From positions 1,240,001 through 1,304,000 of the forward strand of contig JAWMAR010000030.1 of the NCBI GenBank assembly GCA_036785375.1: DNA of 64,000 nt. The letters run 5' to 3'. The notes below the pieces were generated by a model that saw only the letters and a program-made list of their open reading frames with translations, was not told where the DNA came from and made no database searches. This DNA is from Leucoraja ocellata (taxonomy: Eukaryota). The position numbers were made by a program, and so were the translations under genes. This document shows, one piece after another, positions 51,701 through 64,000 of this stretch (the stretch's first letter is position 1; each line of letters opens with the position of its first letter).

Positions 51701-54700
51701 TGACGAATCAGTCTGAAGAAGAATCCCAAACAGAAAGTTCACTCCATTCCCTCCACAGATGCAGCCTGACCTGCTGAGTTCCTTCAGCACTTTTTGTTGT
51801 TGCACAATGTTCCAGCATCTGCAGTTTCTTGTATCATCAATGACTCTTTCTTAGCAGTGTCAACTATTACCTGTATGGTACTAACATTTATTTAGTACTA
51901 AAATACAATTTCACTGTCAAACACCATTAAAACCTTTAACTTATTTACCTGCTTACAAGCCTCTGCCTTCTCTTCCATTTCCTTCCATGCTTTTAACATC
52001 TTCTCAGAAGCTAAAAATAGAAATATACAATCTCAATCAAAATTTAGAAGTAACTCAGCAATGAATAGCATACTGTTCCTTAAAATTCACAACCATCTCC
52101 TGAAAATATAAACAAAAGGAAATCATATTGTAAGAACTGGAATAAATACATGTAGGTTGAGTCTGAATATGTGATAACTTATGGGCAACATCTACCCAAT
52201 GTTAAAATAAATCACACATTGGCAACTTTAATTCAACAATATGAAGTTTGGGACCTGGGATATCAGGACCCTCACAGGCAATCGCCCAGTGAAAGAACTA
52301 AATCGTGTTCTGTTGTCATAGCTTGGGAACAATAAAGTAAATCTTAATTAAAGATCAGATAAAATAAAGAAGTCACAACAGGTTTAGGAATAGAAAATTA
52401 TCCAGTGTTTCTGCTCCCACTCTCTAGCCCCAGATCCAATACAGATGTGCATTTGGACACTATTTCTCTTTCTCCAAAAAAGTATTGCTCTTCAATTCAC
52501 ACTCACCATTTTGCTGTGCAAACTATTTCACAGTTTCTCCGTCCTCTTTTCATATTGAAACTTACAATTGTATTCATATTTTTTCTCCAATCTACCGACC
52601 AACTTTTTTGGCCAATTTTGTTATTCTATTTTAGTATTTACCAAAGTCAATCTTTAACAGGAATTTGAACTTGCAATGATCCGACTCAGATAAGTTCAAA
52701 TTCCTGTTTAGACTTGAGCACCAGTTCAGTACCAAGAGGAAGATGCCCTGTTGTGGATTCTCTCAGGTGGCGTTTTTCACAAGGAGCCATCTAACCTTTC
52801 TGGTTGGCATTGGAAAAAAAAAGAAAACACACAATTCTGCCCAATGCTTTGAGCAATATTTATTTTCAATCAACCCTACAAAAACAACTTAAGGGCCTGT
52901 CCCACTTAGGCTATTTTTCAGGTGACTACAGGCGACTAGGCTGTCGCCACATGGTCGCCGGGTTGTTGCCTGTATGGTCGTGAGTCGTCTCCTCAGTCGC
53001 CCAAAGAGTCGTAGCGTCTTTCTGGTCACTGATGGACTTTCAACATGTTGAAACATTTTCGGAGACAGTTGGTTTGACGCCAATGAGCGTAGCTTGACTT
53101 CTCCTGACGTGGGTGCTGTCATAGTTGTCGCCAGGTTAACGTAGGTTGTCGCCGGTGCTGACTTTGGTTTTTTTGTTGTTGTTAAAGTAATGATTCTATT
53201 TCAAATTTTATGTCAAAAGGTGGTCCAATCGCCGTTTTCTCAGCGACCTGCTATGACTATGACAGTCTCCGGCAGTCGCCTAAAAATAGCCTAAGTGGGA
53301 CAGGCCCATTAGTTGGCAACTATTACAATATAACCTTTGCAGGAGTTTGCTGTGCATTGATCTATCTCTCTGTGTTTCTTCCAATATGACTGCAATTTTC
53401 TTCATTAATACATTGATGTGAATGTTTGTGAGAAATAGCCAAGAAAGGTACTAGAAAATAAAAAAATCTTTTATCTAGTATGAACATCTGCAAGCACCAT
53501 CTTTTTTTCAACACAGCAAAGTTAAAACATAACAATGTAACAAATAAAGGTTCCATCTTTTAAAGCCATTTATCTGTATTCTGGCATTTAAGAGATGGTG
53601 ATAATCCAGATTTACTATGTAAAAAATAAAGTTAGATTAGCTGAAAGCATCAGATTTACTTTAGTTATGAAGGTATTTGGCAAATTCTCAAACCATTGGG
53701 TCGTTTGGTTCTTTCCACTGCACTTGAACTTCAATGTGGAGTTTGTTTAAGTAATGCTGTGCATGAATAGCTATAAATTTATTGCAGTATAAATTTGTAG
53801 CAGTATTTGAGGGATTGGCTCAAAAAATAACTGTGCTCTGGCAACTCTCACAGAGTTTCAAAGAGCATTTTAATTTGACAGTGAATTCCTCCTAAAGGGG
53901 AATAAATGACAGGTATTCAAAGGGTGCATATCTCAGCCAGATAGAAATAATGATGCTGATGGTATTAGTCAAAAGCTGGCAGTAGAAACTAATATTGGAA
54001 AAACAATGTTATTATTGACCTGTGCACTGTAAGTATATGAACTAAAAAAGATATTTATCAATGAACTATTCCAAAAAATTCCTGTTATATATAAAAGACA
54101 GAGCTTGTTTGATTTATTTTTATTAGATATTAGTTCGAGTTTTGTGTTTTTATAAACAGGTCAGAATTATGGACCATCAATCCAGGTACACGAGTTTGAG
54201 GAAGGTCACTGTTTTTAAGTCTGTCTTTGATATAATCCTTGTATTAGTTTCTTGAACATCTCTCCTTCTGGTGGTCATGTGAAAGGCCTATGTAAAGGAG
54301 CTGTAAAGGAGCATATGGAAACTGTCCGAATGGATTACATGGTCTGTCCAGTGGAACTGAAGCCCCTGTCCCACTTACGTGTCCTTGGCACGCTAATTAC
54401 GCGACGTCGTGGTCACGTTGAGGTGCGACGGTCCAACGAAGGTCTAGCGCGACTTCATGCGCCCGCACAGCCGTCTGGAGCGCGTGACGTCATTTGAAGA
54501 TGGACACAAAATGCTGGAGTAACTCAGCAGGACTGGCAGCATCTCTGGAGAGATGCAATGGGCGATGTTTCGGGTCAAGACTCTTCTTCAGTACCGTGCA
54601 CAACTCCATACCCCTCCGTGGTTCTCAGTGAGACCGGCCCCGCGCGGCCACACGATGCCCGTGCACCTCAACGCGACACCGAGGTCCGTAATTTGCATGC

Positions 54701-57700
54701 CGAGGACATGTAAGTGTGACTGTGCTTTGAGCCCTCAGGATCATGGCCTCATTGCTGATTAGGCTGCCTGATCACCCTCCCGTGCCATTTGATGCCCAGT
54801 AGTGATCGCATAGATCTCATGTGGAAACGGTTTGAAATATTTCTTCTTGTAAAGTGTTCATGTCTCACAGCTGTACAACCGTTTTGTACACCTTTAGTTT
54901 CTGTGGTTCTTCACACAAGAATGCAGAGCGACTGATTGCCCTTGCTAGCTTCCACACCAGTCTTACTGTCTCCGACTACATTCTATCTCTGTTCCGCCCA
55001 CTCCCCTGACATCAGTCTGAAAAAGGATCTCGACCCGAAAGGTCACCCTATTCCTTCTCTCCAGAGATGTTGCCTGTCCCACTGAGTTACTCCAGCATTT
55101 TGTGTCTACCTTTGATTTAAACCAGCATCTGCAGTTCCTTCCGACACATCAAAGGAGATGAATCTTTCCAGGTACTTAAAGTAATTGCCCTCTTCAGCTC
55201 ATTGCCATTGATGCTTGTGCTGAAAAGATACACTGTGGACCCTGGAACAGGTTGGTGCCGGACGGACCTTGCTTGTTGAGACTGATTGTAGGATGAAGAA
55301 TCACAAAGCTTTGATAAACTTGTCAATGAATTGAAGGTCAAACTCTAAATATGCCCTAAGGGCACAGTCATCAGCAACAGTGTCTCTGAGGTCAGTATCT
55401 CACTGTTGTCATCCTTGCCTTCAGTCTCCAGAGAGCCATACAGTCTACTAGTCAAGTACACCTCTTCTTCAAAGTCGTTGAGCATATAGTTAAGGACACA
55501 CGTGAAAAACAGGTTGGACAGGCCTGGAACAAGCACACAGCTCAGTTTCACACTACTTTTAATATTACATTGTACTGAAGTGTCACTGCTGGAGAGGATC
55601 AGCCCCACCTTGTCTCGACATGCAAGAGGTGAATGATCAGAAGTTCTTGTTACAATTGGCTTATCGGCTGTTACACTGGAAGCAAACTTGAGCTCCTGGT
55701 CAATAGATGGAAGATCACAATCAAAGGCTTCCAATCAAATAACCTTAGTTTTTCTTCAAAAGTATCATGAACAGTGAGCAGGGCAAAACTATGGTTAGAT
55801 TCACACAAATGTTGTACTTTGATTAGGGCTTTTGATCCTGTAGGGATTGTTACCCAAGTGGACACATGCAAACAAAGCCTTAATTAAAATAAGCTTGGAT
55901 TTCTGAGGTGTCTTTAGTTTCAAGGATTTCAGACATGAATGGGGGCAGGTTCACTGTTTGCAAAGGTGGAGGTGTAAAAAGTTTCATTTTATGTTAATGA
56001 TTGACAAAGAGGAGGAAAAGCAATTACAATGGAAGTCAACTTGGGCCTCAGAAGGGAAATGCAGTCGTCAGTGATTTTAATGGAAGTAGGTTCAAGAGAG
56101 AGATTCACGGAAAAAAAACACTAAGCTCTGCTGCTGCAATTTAAATTCTATTTGCTTAAATGATTCTAATTGTACATCAGGAAAGAAATGCTCCACTTTG
56201 TCATCTTGTTGTCACAATGCTTTTGCTTGTGATAGAACGATGCTCACCAGGGATCGATGACAAATTAGTTTTTTTCCAGTCGCGTCATTCCCACAGACCA
56301 ATCATTATACTCACAAACAGCAAGCAGGTGTTTCAAAAGAAACAGAGTTGACTGTGAGCTGCACAAATTCATGAATTTCCAGTTTCTACCAGCAGTGCCA
56401 TCAATCAAACAAGGACCAGTTAGGCTAGTCGCACAACTAATTGCAGAGTATAAAATTGCCACAGAATAACATGAAGAAAGGACATTAGATCACTTGCTGC
56501 CAATGTAATTAACAATAGATCCATCAATAAACACAAGATCACAACACATTCAGAAAGAATTTAATAAAGTGGACACTTACATATTCCATATGCCATTTGC
56601 TCACTGTACTTTTCCAGATCAAGCTTAATGCTGGACTGAAAGAAATCCAACCTAGCCTTCAACTGCTGAGAATTAGAAAACATGGTTGTTTTCATTTTTG
56701 TAAGGTTATTGTTATAACGCAGCAGACTCAACCTGGAAATAAATCACAATCAAAAAAATAAAATTCCATGGAACATCTAAAAACAAAACCTTAGCATTAA
56801 TTAACACAACAAAAAAAAATATTGACAGGGAGGCGACTGGCCAGTAAGGATATAAATCAGTCAACATTAGGCAAGGCACGACATTGGGGTAGAATATTCT
56901 ATCATTGAAAAAAAAAGATAATTTTATACAAAATATTTCAAAAAAATGAACAGATTTTTAAAATTTTGTTTTGCTCTCAACAAAAATGATTAACATTTTT
57001 GTTTCACTTGGAAAGATTGTAGCTCCCCAGAGAATGCTAAATGAGTATCCTACAGGGACAGGAAAGACAGGAACCTTTTTTAAAATATGCTCATAATTGA
57101 ACATAAATCAACATAGTCTCATTCTTCCACATAGTAAATTGTTTTAGGAAATTCTACTTAAAAAAAATTCTTAATTTTCCTTTTCTTCTATTATTTTCAA
57201 GTCTTTGAATTTTTCTTCCTGAAATGTTTTTCACCTCTTGGATTCTTGGATCGTATTTGAGATCTTAATCCATGACTTTATAATTTGTGAGTGAGTACAT
57301 AGAGAGGCAAACATAAATTTAAGTCTTTCTTCATATAATTATTTATCGGTGGTGTATAACATCAGCTCTACGGTGCAGAAATGACTTACATTGCAGCTCT
57401 CTGGCCCTGGAACAATCTGCTGTAGTCCTCCTTTAATCCACAGACATAATTCACAGCTTCTCCCCACACCTTCCTCAGCTGAGCATTAGGCAACATTATC
57501 TTAGCATCCCGTACTATAAGAAAACATTACAATGAAGTTAAATGCAGCATTTCAGAATTTTAATTTTGACACCAAAACCTACAAATCATTAAAAGATGCT
57601 TTTATTCAGCTTAATTAATTTACACAATGTGATTTCAGTCCCAAAGTATCTGATCAATTTGAAGATTATGAAATTTACAAAAAATGAAGCTCACCACTCG

Positions 57701-60700
57701 CACCTTTTTCAAACTATTTAACTGTATTTGAACATTTTTACATCATCTTACAATTCCGATTCTGAATAAAATATTTTTCTGAATATTTGTTTCAAATATA
57801 CGTCTAACTAAATTTGAGTTCTCCAATCGAAACATTCTCAATTTACGCAAGATCAACCTTGTTGCATATCTTTACAAATATTATTCATACTTTGGTGATG
57901 TTTCTAATTTGAACAATAAAATGCAAGTTATTTGTGTCACCCCTCCATTGTATTTTGTTTCTTGATTGCCTTGTCCAGATGGTTACATCTACAGTAACTC
58001 ATATAAATCACTTTTAAATCTTCAGACTCTAGACTGAATTAATTTCATTTAATTATACACTTGCAAATCTACTTATATACACAGAACATTAGGGGCGGCA
58101 CAGTGGCGCAGCAGTAGAGCTACTGCCTTACAGCGCTAGAGTTCATGGTTCGATCCTGACTATGGGTGCTGTCCGCATGCTGTTTGTAGGTTCTCCCTAA
58201 GACTGCGTGGGTTTTAGAAACATAGAAAATAGGTGCAGGAGTAGGCCATTCAGCCCTTCAAGCCAGCATTGCCATTCAATATGATCATGGCTGATCATCC
58301 AAAATCAGCCCGTTCCTGCTTTCTCCCCATCTCCCTTGTATGTTTTATTAAGATCACTTTTAGTTCTAAACCCCAAAGAGTACAGAGCCAACTGGAAGGA
58401 TAGTATAGCAATAACATTGCATTCTCAATTCAATCCTGACCTTTAGTGCAGTCTGTCAGGAGTCTGCACATTCTCCGTGTGTCTACATTGGTTTCCTTCA
58501 ATTACTATACAAGTACTTAGCATCAGTATTCACACTGTAGAGGGATAAGGACTGTGTGATCAGTGTGGGTATATTAATATGATAGCACATTTGGGGATTA
58601 AGAAAGAACTGCTGAGTCTCTAAAAGAGCATTAAAGTGGAAAAGTGCCCAGTGATTTAAATGTCTCAATAGCGTCTTGTACAATTTCAGTAATACTTCCC
58701 CTGCTTTTATACTCCAGTCCCTTTGAAATACAATCATCATTGGTCCCATTGGCCTTCCAGATTATCTGCTACAGCTATATGCTATTGGTATGTGTTTCAT
58801 GTACAAGGACCTCAAAATCCTTTAATGCTGCAGCTTTCTTTAGTCTTGCCCTATTTACCTAATAACCTGTTTTGTTAGTCTTCCTTGCTAACTTTTCATT
58901 TACTCAACCCATCAACATCTCTCTGTAAAATCTCACATCATAACTTGCCTTTCCTCTTCATTTATATAATCTGCTAGTGCAGCTACAGTATATTTGCTTC
59001 CTATCTCGAAATTCCCAATATCTATTTTAAACAGCCGGTATCCCAGTACTGATCCTTGTGGTAATGAACAGCTTAAAGGTCGCCAAACTGAAAATGATCC
59101 TCTTATCTTGTCTCGCTGTTACCTGTTAGACAGCCATATATTAGATCCAACACCACTTGTTCTTGTAAAGTAACCATTTGTGTGGCAGCTTGTTAGATGC
59201 CTTTTTGAAAATCCAACTATATCACATCGACCAGTTGCCCTCTCCCCACCGGCTGATACTTTGTCAAAAAACTCTCATAGGTTTGTCAATATTTCCCTTT
59301 CATGAAGCCATGCTGACTCTGCATAATCAGATTATGACTTTACAAAATATTCTGTTGATGCCTCCTTAATAATTGATATCTACTTGTAATAATGAATATT
59401 AATTAAACCAGCTGACACAATCATAAACACTTAACCTCACATTTAAAAAATCAAAAAAAATCACAGCACCTCTCCAGAATTAAAGGGTTGTTGGAAGATT
59501 ACAAACAATGCATCTACTATATCTGTAGCCATTTGTTTTTAGGATTCTAGGATACAGACCAGGATTCTCATGCAGCATTAGTTTCTTTGAGTTTGCCTAA
59601 TACAAAATCTCTAATCACAGTGAAGCTACTTAATTCCTTCCCTTTATTTTTTCAGTATTAATGGGAAGGTCCGAGTATTTCCTACTGTGAAGACTGATGT
59701 AAAAACCTGTTTCTATTTTTTTTATTATACATTTTCCTTAATTCTCAGCCTCATGTTCACTTAAACATCTCTCCTTTTTATGTCCTTAAAGAAGGTTTAG
59801 TTGGAACAAGTGTTTCTAGTTGGAAAAGGGAGTCAAAAAATGGTACATAGTGGGGATATAATTAGAACGTTGGAAAACAGCATGCATAATAAATAATATG
59901 GTTAAATAATGATGTACAACAGTAACTGGAAATGGTTCAAATGATGTTCAACAGAACCATGGAAAAATACTGAAACAAGGAACTGCAGATGCTGGTTTAC
60001 AAAATAAGACAAGTGCTGAGCACATCAGAGGCATCTCTGGAGAACATGGATATCTGATGTTTTGGGTTGGGATTTTCTTGAGCCCTGACAGCTCACAGTC
60101 CAATAACGTGTTGATTTATAAATTATCAATATAATATTCAACTAGCTCTGTGGCCATGCCCTTGTCCCTTCTTCAGATATCTGCTTCACGTATCTCTGTG
60201 ACCTCTTCCTTTCCTGTGTCTCTTCCATGCAATATCGATGTTATAGAATTGTCACTTTCAATCTCTCAGTTTCTTTGTTGCTCTTTCTTGAGCTCATCTA
60301 CTCATAATTTCACAATATACAGTCCACTGTATGATTCTGTCTAATCATGCTCACGTTAACCATCTTTGGACATGTTGTGAGCATTACATAAATGTTAATG
60401 CTAGCATAATGCTCAAATCAGAATTTTATTGTTCTGTTTAAGTACATATGACAATAAAACACTCTTGACTCCATATGCGCAGCGGCCTTAGGACTTAATG
60501 ATGTTGTGTCACTGCCAGAAAGCTGGACAACTGGAGTGAACTTCTTAATACTGCCAAAGTCTTACACTAATCACTATCTCATTAATATATCATATTTTAG
60601 CACGACACTCAACAATAACTCTCACCCCAGCCTTTTCCTCCCTTTTGCTTTGATACCTTTTCTTCCCTCTGGAACCTATTTCCACACTTTACCTACAGCT

Positions 60701-62368
60701 ATCTCTTTGAATGACTTGCCAACTTTTATTTTATCAATAAAACAAATTGGAAAACTGAACAGAAAATTCTCAGTATTTTGAATTCAGTTGAGCACTCACA
60801 TGTACCACGCACGAAAACGGCTAGCAAACATTAAATTCTCTCATCCGTATTTAAATCTATGATCTCCTCCATAGGACTCAAAGAAAACAGATTTGTGGGC
60901 CAATTATGTACATAAAAGGTTCTATTAGACTCTTTAAATGACTGAATCTTCCAGTTAATCTAGGGTGCCTTATATGTTTTAACTCCCAAAATGTGCACCA
61001 ATAACATGCTGAGCCACTGCGCTGTTTTACCACACCCGTAAGGCTGTATTAGAATATCCATGTTGCAATTACAACATGCAAATATTGCAAAAGCCATGTA
61101 AATGTTACAACATCCATGTAAATATTACAAGTGTGAAGAAAAATAGGGCTGAAGTGATTTCTGAAACATGCAACAATGAATCAAGGCCAGTCAGAACATT
61201 TGTAGTGAGATGTATTTTTACAATGGAAGCCATGATTCCCGTCATCTGTTGCTCATGAGGATTTAATGGATTGTTAATAGATTGTTTTGATTATAGTTTT
61301 TCATTTTAAACTTACAAACTGCATTTTGTATAACTTAGCTCTTACCAACATAATTAACATGCTCTGGTAATTTTCTGGCAACAAAAGGTCCTTCATAGAT
61401 GGTGCTACTTTTATCAAAGAGATACACCATGTACCGATCCCAGCCTCTCTGCAAAATGAGAAAAGCATATTGAAACACAGTTTGATTGATACAACTTCAC
61501 ATATTAATGGAATTTGTAGTCAAGGTACTTTTTGTCATTGTTTCTTTTGACCACTCAATTTAAAAGGCACAGTGTTTGATATATTTGAAAATATAAAAAG
61601 TAGCGAAGCCTTGAAATTATTGTATCCGGTACTATAATTTAGAACGTTTGAATGAAAGTTATCTGCTTTCCCCTTCGATTGGAGGCATTAGTTCACTTCA
61701 GTGAAATTGGCCAACATCTTAAAAAGAATCACAATGGGAGGCATTTTTGACAAGAGCAACATTTACTGCACATTATGGCCCTTGAATCATTCCCTTGTTC
61801 ATTACAATAAATAACCTGGTTCTTTTGGTGATGAGTGGTAAACCTTAACATTTTACAAAGATGATAAACTTCAGCATGATAGTGTCAGTATTTATTGGCA
61901 TCTTAGAAACTCTTCCACGAGCAAAGGATATTTCAAGAGCCGATAGTGTTTAATTTGTCACTTGTACCGACAACAGAACAATATTTTTTTTTCTTGCAGC
62001 AGCCTAATGGGTCTATAAACAGTACACAAAGATAATATATAATAATTAAAAATTCAATAAATTAATTTGTAGCTTTTTGATTAACAGCATCAATAATCAT
62101 CAAATCATATACAGCTTCATTAACACATGAGCAAAAGGTCTATATTTTTATAAAGATAATAAAGATTCATACTTACTACATCTGGCACACATTGATTGGC
62201 AGGCTTTCGAGGATCCAAAGAAATCCCGGTTTCCACAAGCAACTCCTGGTTTGCAGCAGCAATTTCTGTTTCAGCTTCGATTCGCATTTGAAGAGAATGC
62301 AGGCTCTCATCAGGTTCAATCAAAAAGGAATGAACCCGGGCAGAAGTCATATTTAATATATGAACAAA
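38699..62368 (-). CDS. CHUK: CHUK / IKK-alpha, multi-exon CDS span (ULD, scaffold/dimerisation domain, NBD); kinase-domain exons lie beyond 64000
   Basis: Twelve exons (192/103/124/152/62/110/50/100/148/143/100/48 nt) join in frame to 443 aa plus stop. Motifs [60 protein letters not shown] and LDWSWL match IKK-alpha. Confidence 0.95.
40089..40188 (-). CDS. CHUK: CHUK exon (approx. human exon 20)
   Basis: [33 protein letters not shown]; 100 nt; CAG/GTAAG. Confidence 0.9.
40385..40625 (-). mobile_element. Young CR1 LINE 3' end
   Basis: [36 protein letters not shown]. Confidence 0.85.
40981..41285 (+). mobile_element. HE1-like SINE
   Basis: TGTGTGGAGTTTGCACGTTCTCC core, with head and tail. 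Confidence 0.8.
41827..41969 (-). CDS. CHUK: CHUK exon (Ser/Pro-rich linker; approx. human exon 19)
   Basis: [47 protein letters not shown]; 143 nt, phase 0 to 2, which fits its neighbours; CAG/GT. The sequence is divergent. Confidence 0.85.
42733..42794. repeat. (AGAT)15 microsatellite next to poly-G runs
   Basis: Directly visible. Confidence 0.97.
43065..43212 (-). CDS. CHUK: CHUK exon (approx. human exon 18)
   Basis: [50 protein letters not shown]; 148 nt; CAG/GTAAGT. Confidence 0.95.
43521..43825 (+). mobile_element. SINE with an inserted Penelope-type repeat (~43689-43758)
   Basis: SINE core and tail interrupted by ACGTTGCCTATTTCC...TTTTGTGTAAC, flanked by CAATGATCA on both sides. Confidence 0.7.
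44650..44990 (+). mobile_element. CR1 LINE 3' end
   Basis: GGGCATGGGCTTAAGGTGAGAAGG...TTTTCACTCAGAGG motifs. Confidence 0.65.
45152..45251 (-). CDS. CHUK: CHUK exon (approx. human exon 17)
   Basis: [33 protein letters not shown]; 100 nt; AAG/GT. Confidence 0.93.
47052..47101 (-). CDS. CHUK: CHUK exon (approx. human exon 16)
   Basis: [16 protein letters not shown]; 50 nt; TAG/GT. Confidence 0.92.
48213..49255. mobile_element. Non-autonomous DNA transposon (hAT-like TAGG terminus), 1043 bp
   Basis: TIRs TAGGTATGTTACAAAA / TTTTGTAACATTGCTA (14/16 match), with direct repeat ATTAATG at 48206-48212 and 49256-49262. Confidence 0.8.
50048..50157 (-). CDS. CHUK: CHUK exon (approx. human exon 15)
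   Basis: [37 protein letters not shown]; 110 nt; AAG/GTAAG. Confidence 0.93.
51205..51465 (+). mobile_element. CR1 LINE ORF2 fragment
   Basis: [50 protein letters not shown]. Confidence 0.88.
51949..52010 (-). CDS. CHUK: CHUK exon (approx. human exon 14)
   Basis: [21 protein letters not shown]; 62 nt; TAG/GT. Confidence 0.94.
52892..53308. mobile_element. Complete PIF/Harbinger-type MITE
   Basis: TIRs GGGCCTGTCCCACTTAGGCTATTTTT / AAAAATAGCCTAAGTGGGACAGGCCC with TTA target duplication. Confidence 0.85.
54361..54727. mobile_element. Harbinger-type MITE containing a Penelope-type repeat
   Basis: Imperfect ~40-bp TIRs (AGCCCCTGTCCCACTTACGTGTCCTTGGCA / TGCCGAGGACATGTAAGTGTGACTGTGCT) with TGA on both flanks. 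Confidence 0.7.
55150..55960 (-). mobile_element. Decayed RTE-clade LINE RT fragment
   Basis: [21 protein letters not shown] and [12 protein letters not shown] resemble the RTE motifs GVKQGCVLAPTLF and GVYI..R.DG.L. Confidence 0.6.
56581..56732 (-). CDS. CHUK: CHUK exon (approx. human exon 13)
   Basis: [50 protein letters not shown]; 152 nt; CAG/GTAAGT. Confidence 0.95.
57390..57513 (-). CDS. CHUK: CHUK exon (approx. human exon 12)
   Basis: [42 protein letters not shown]; 124 nt; TAG/GTAAGT. Confidence 0.95.
58091..58330. mobile_element. SINE 5' half (+) abutting a CR1-type tail (-)
   Basis: GGGGCGGCACAGTGGCGCAGCAGTAGAG head followed by TAGAAACATAGAAAATAGGTGCAGGAGTAGGCC. Confidence 0.7.
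58650..59760 (-). mobile_element. Old CR1 LINE ORF2 remnant
   Basis: [10 protein letters not shown]; TGCCTTTTTGAAAATCCAA is the reverse of LDFQKA; CCCAGTACTGATCCTTGTGG is the reverse of PQGSVLG. Confidence 0.65.
61346..61448 (-). CDS. CHUK: CHUK exon (approx. human exon 11)
   Basis: [34 protein letters not shown]; 103 nt; CAG/GTAAG. Confidence 0.94.
62177..62368 (-). CDS. CHUK: CHUK exon (ubiquitin-like domain; approx. human exon 10)
   Basis: [64 protein letters not shown]; CAG/GTAAGT. Confidence 0.94.
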
Positions 62369-63149
62369 CTGTGAGAAAGATGAAACAACACTTTCAGATT
62401 TTTTTTTAATTAATTCTAACAGTCCCATACACTTCTCTTAACAGAAATGTATCCAGTCTACTTTAAACTGTTTTACCATTGGTGAAATGGATCGCCAGTA
62501 AAACCATAACTGGCTTCTTGCCCCTTTGTTGGGTCAAGAGCTTCAGGCCTCTGCGCTCGTCAATTTGTGATTTTTCTATTTAAGCTGCAAATATAAACCT
62601 GCCAAGTGAAAAGTAGAAAATCTTATTCAGAAATTCATGCCATACTTGAATTGTATGGAATTAACCACAAGAGGGCACTCTAAAACAAATGAAGGCCACT
62701 TTGTCTACGCAGTTCCTTTTAAACACTCGAAAGCAAATATTGTTTCCAAGGTGTTACTGAATTTGAGGCACTACATTATTTTTCTACAAAAAACCTTCCA
62801 ATAATATTTTGAGCTGAATTTAAAACACAAAGACGACAGGCAAATATTTAAAAGCTCAGCCACAACCAACATGTCAACGGTGGATTAGTAAGAGCTAGAA
62901 ACATCATTAGGTTCATGATAGAAAACTTAGCCCTTTGCTACCGTCAGAGTTGATGTCGTTCATGAGGCATTAACCAGTCTGTTTTCCATGGAACATGCCA
63001 CAAAACTATTTCAGAGAAGTTTGGGGCACTTAACCTTCATGACTTGCTCAATGAACATACAACATCAGTGAAACATTTCACCTAGGGAGCTTGCTATGTA
63101 CACGTTAACTGTAATGTTTTAATGTGACAATGACGACTGGATTCTGAAA

Positions 63150-63990
63150 TAAAAAAGCTAGAAATACTCAGAACATCCAGCATCTCATGAAGAAAAAGCA
63201 AGTTAACATTACAAACTAATGAACTTTCATCAGAATTATTGAGTTCAATGTTAAATTCTGAGGATTGTAACATACCTAAAATAATACATGCTATTAGTCG
63301 ATCTACTGGTGTGTATCATTGGAACAGTGTAAGAGGCCAAGAATAGTCATCAGAGTGGGGGTAGGATGGAAAATTAAAACCACAGGAGACTGGAAGCAGG
63401 TCACTTGAGTACCAGGAGTTTCTGCCAAGTAGTTCTTCAATCTGCATATAGCAAATACAGAAAGTGCTGGAAATCAGCATGTCAGGCAGCATCTCTAGAG
63501 CATATAGACATGCAAGGTATTGGATTGGGATTCTTCTTCAGACTTCTTTAGTCCAAGCAATATAGAGACCATTTCAGGGCACTGAAACTGGGGCATGAAA
63601 TGAAAAGGGGACAAGTGAATTGCTGCTCCACTTGTAGGGCTTTTAAGGTCTTAGAGCATTGTAGGAGGTAAACAGTAGGTATTTCATCTCTTGTGGATAG
63701 ATGAAGGGGATTTGACAGAGTTGAACGATTGAACTGGTATTTGTGAAGGGAATAGTTCTTCCAGAATGCTGGAAGAAGAGGTGAATTAGAGAGGAGATGT
63801 CTAGTGGTGCCATCACACAGTGGTGGTAATTATGAAGGATGATTTAGTGAATTTGGAGTCTGGCGTTGTGGAAGAACAGGAGAAGAGTGAAAGCACAAAT
63901 GTAGGTAATTATTAAGAGCCGGTCCACTATAGTACAGCAAAAGCCCCTTTTAAGGCAAAAGAAAAACACCTCAGAAGTACTAGTGTGGAA
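63150..63990 (-). mobile_element. Decayed Penelope-like element with a younger pLTR-type repeat inside (~63452-63545)
   Basis: Remnant LQSSEFNIE resembles the PLE C-terminal LQP.GLNIEF; QVEQQFTC; CTGATGA on the minus strand at ~63227-63233. Confidence 0.5.
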
Positions 63991-64000
63991 GTGTCACGAT

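Noticed and set aside
58091-58165. tRNA gene-like A and B boxes
   Set aside because: They continue directly into the SINE core, so this is a SINE head and not a tRNA.
60794-61050. GTGAGT donor in unique sequence of a CHUK intron
   Set aside because: There is no convincing acceptor or IKK-like reading frame, and the flanking exons join in frame without it.

Overview
This is vertebrate genomic DNA, most likely from a skate, ray or other elasmobranch, judged by HE1-like V-SINEs and CR1 and Penelope-type repeats; the species cannot be determined. Two intron-rich genes lie in tandem on the minus strand. The first is the 3' two-thirds of CHUK (IKK-alpha): 12 coding exons at 62368->38699 giving 443 aa and ending in an intact NEMO-binding motif, LDWSWL. 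The second is ERLIN1: a GC-rich promoter and non-coding first exon near 26.8 kb, then 10 coding exons at 19541->759 (275 codons), with the last exon outside the window. Every exon was read by hand, has GT/AG boundaries and joins in frame. Introns and the intergenic region are filled with SINEs, LINE fragments, Harbinger-type MITEs, hAT-like elements, a non-autonomous Helitron and many short Penelope-derived repeats. The most notable observations are: (1) the Penelope-derived repeats carry minimal hammerhead ribozyme cores; (2) an AG|GTAAGG recursive-splice-like site sits at the start of the ERLIN1 ATG exon; (3) a decayed copy of ERLIN1 exon 8 lies in the next intron; (4) a SINE > LINE-tail > Helitron nest is present. 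I found no convincing evidence of a novel protein-coding system, and most listed ORFs are spurious or transposon debris.
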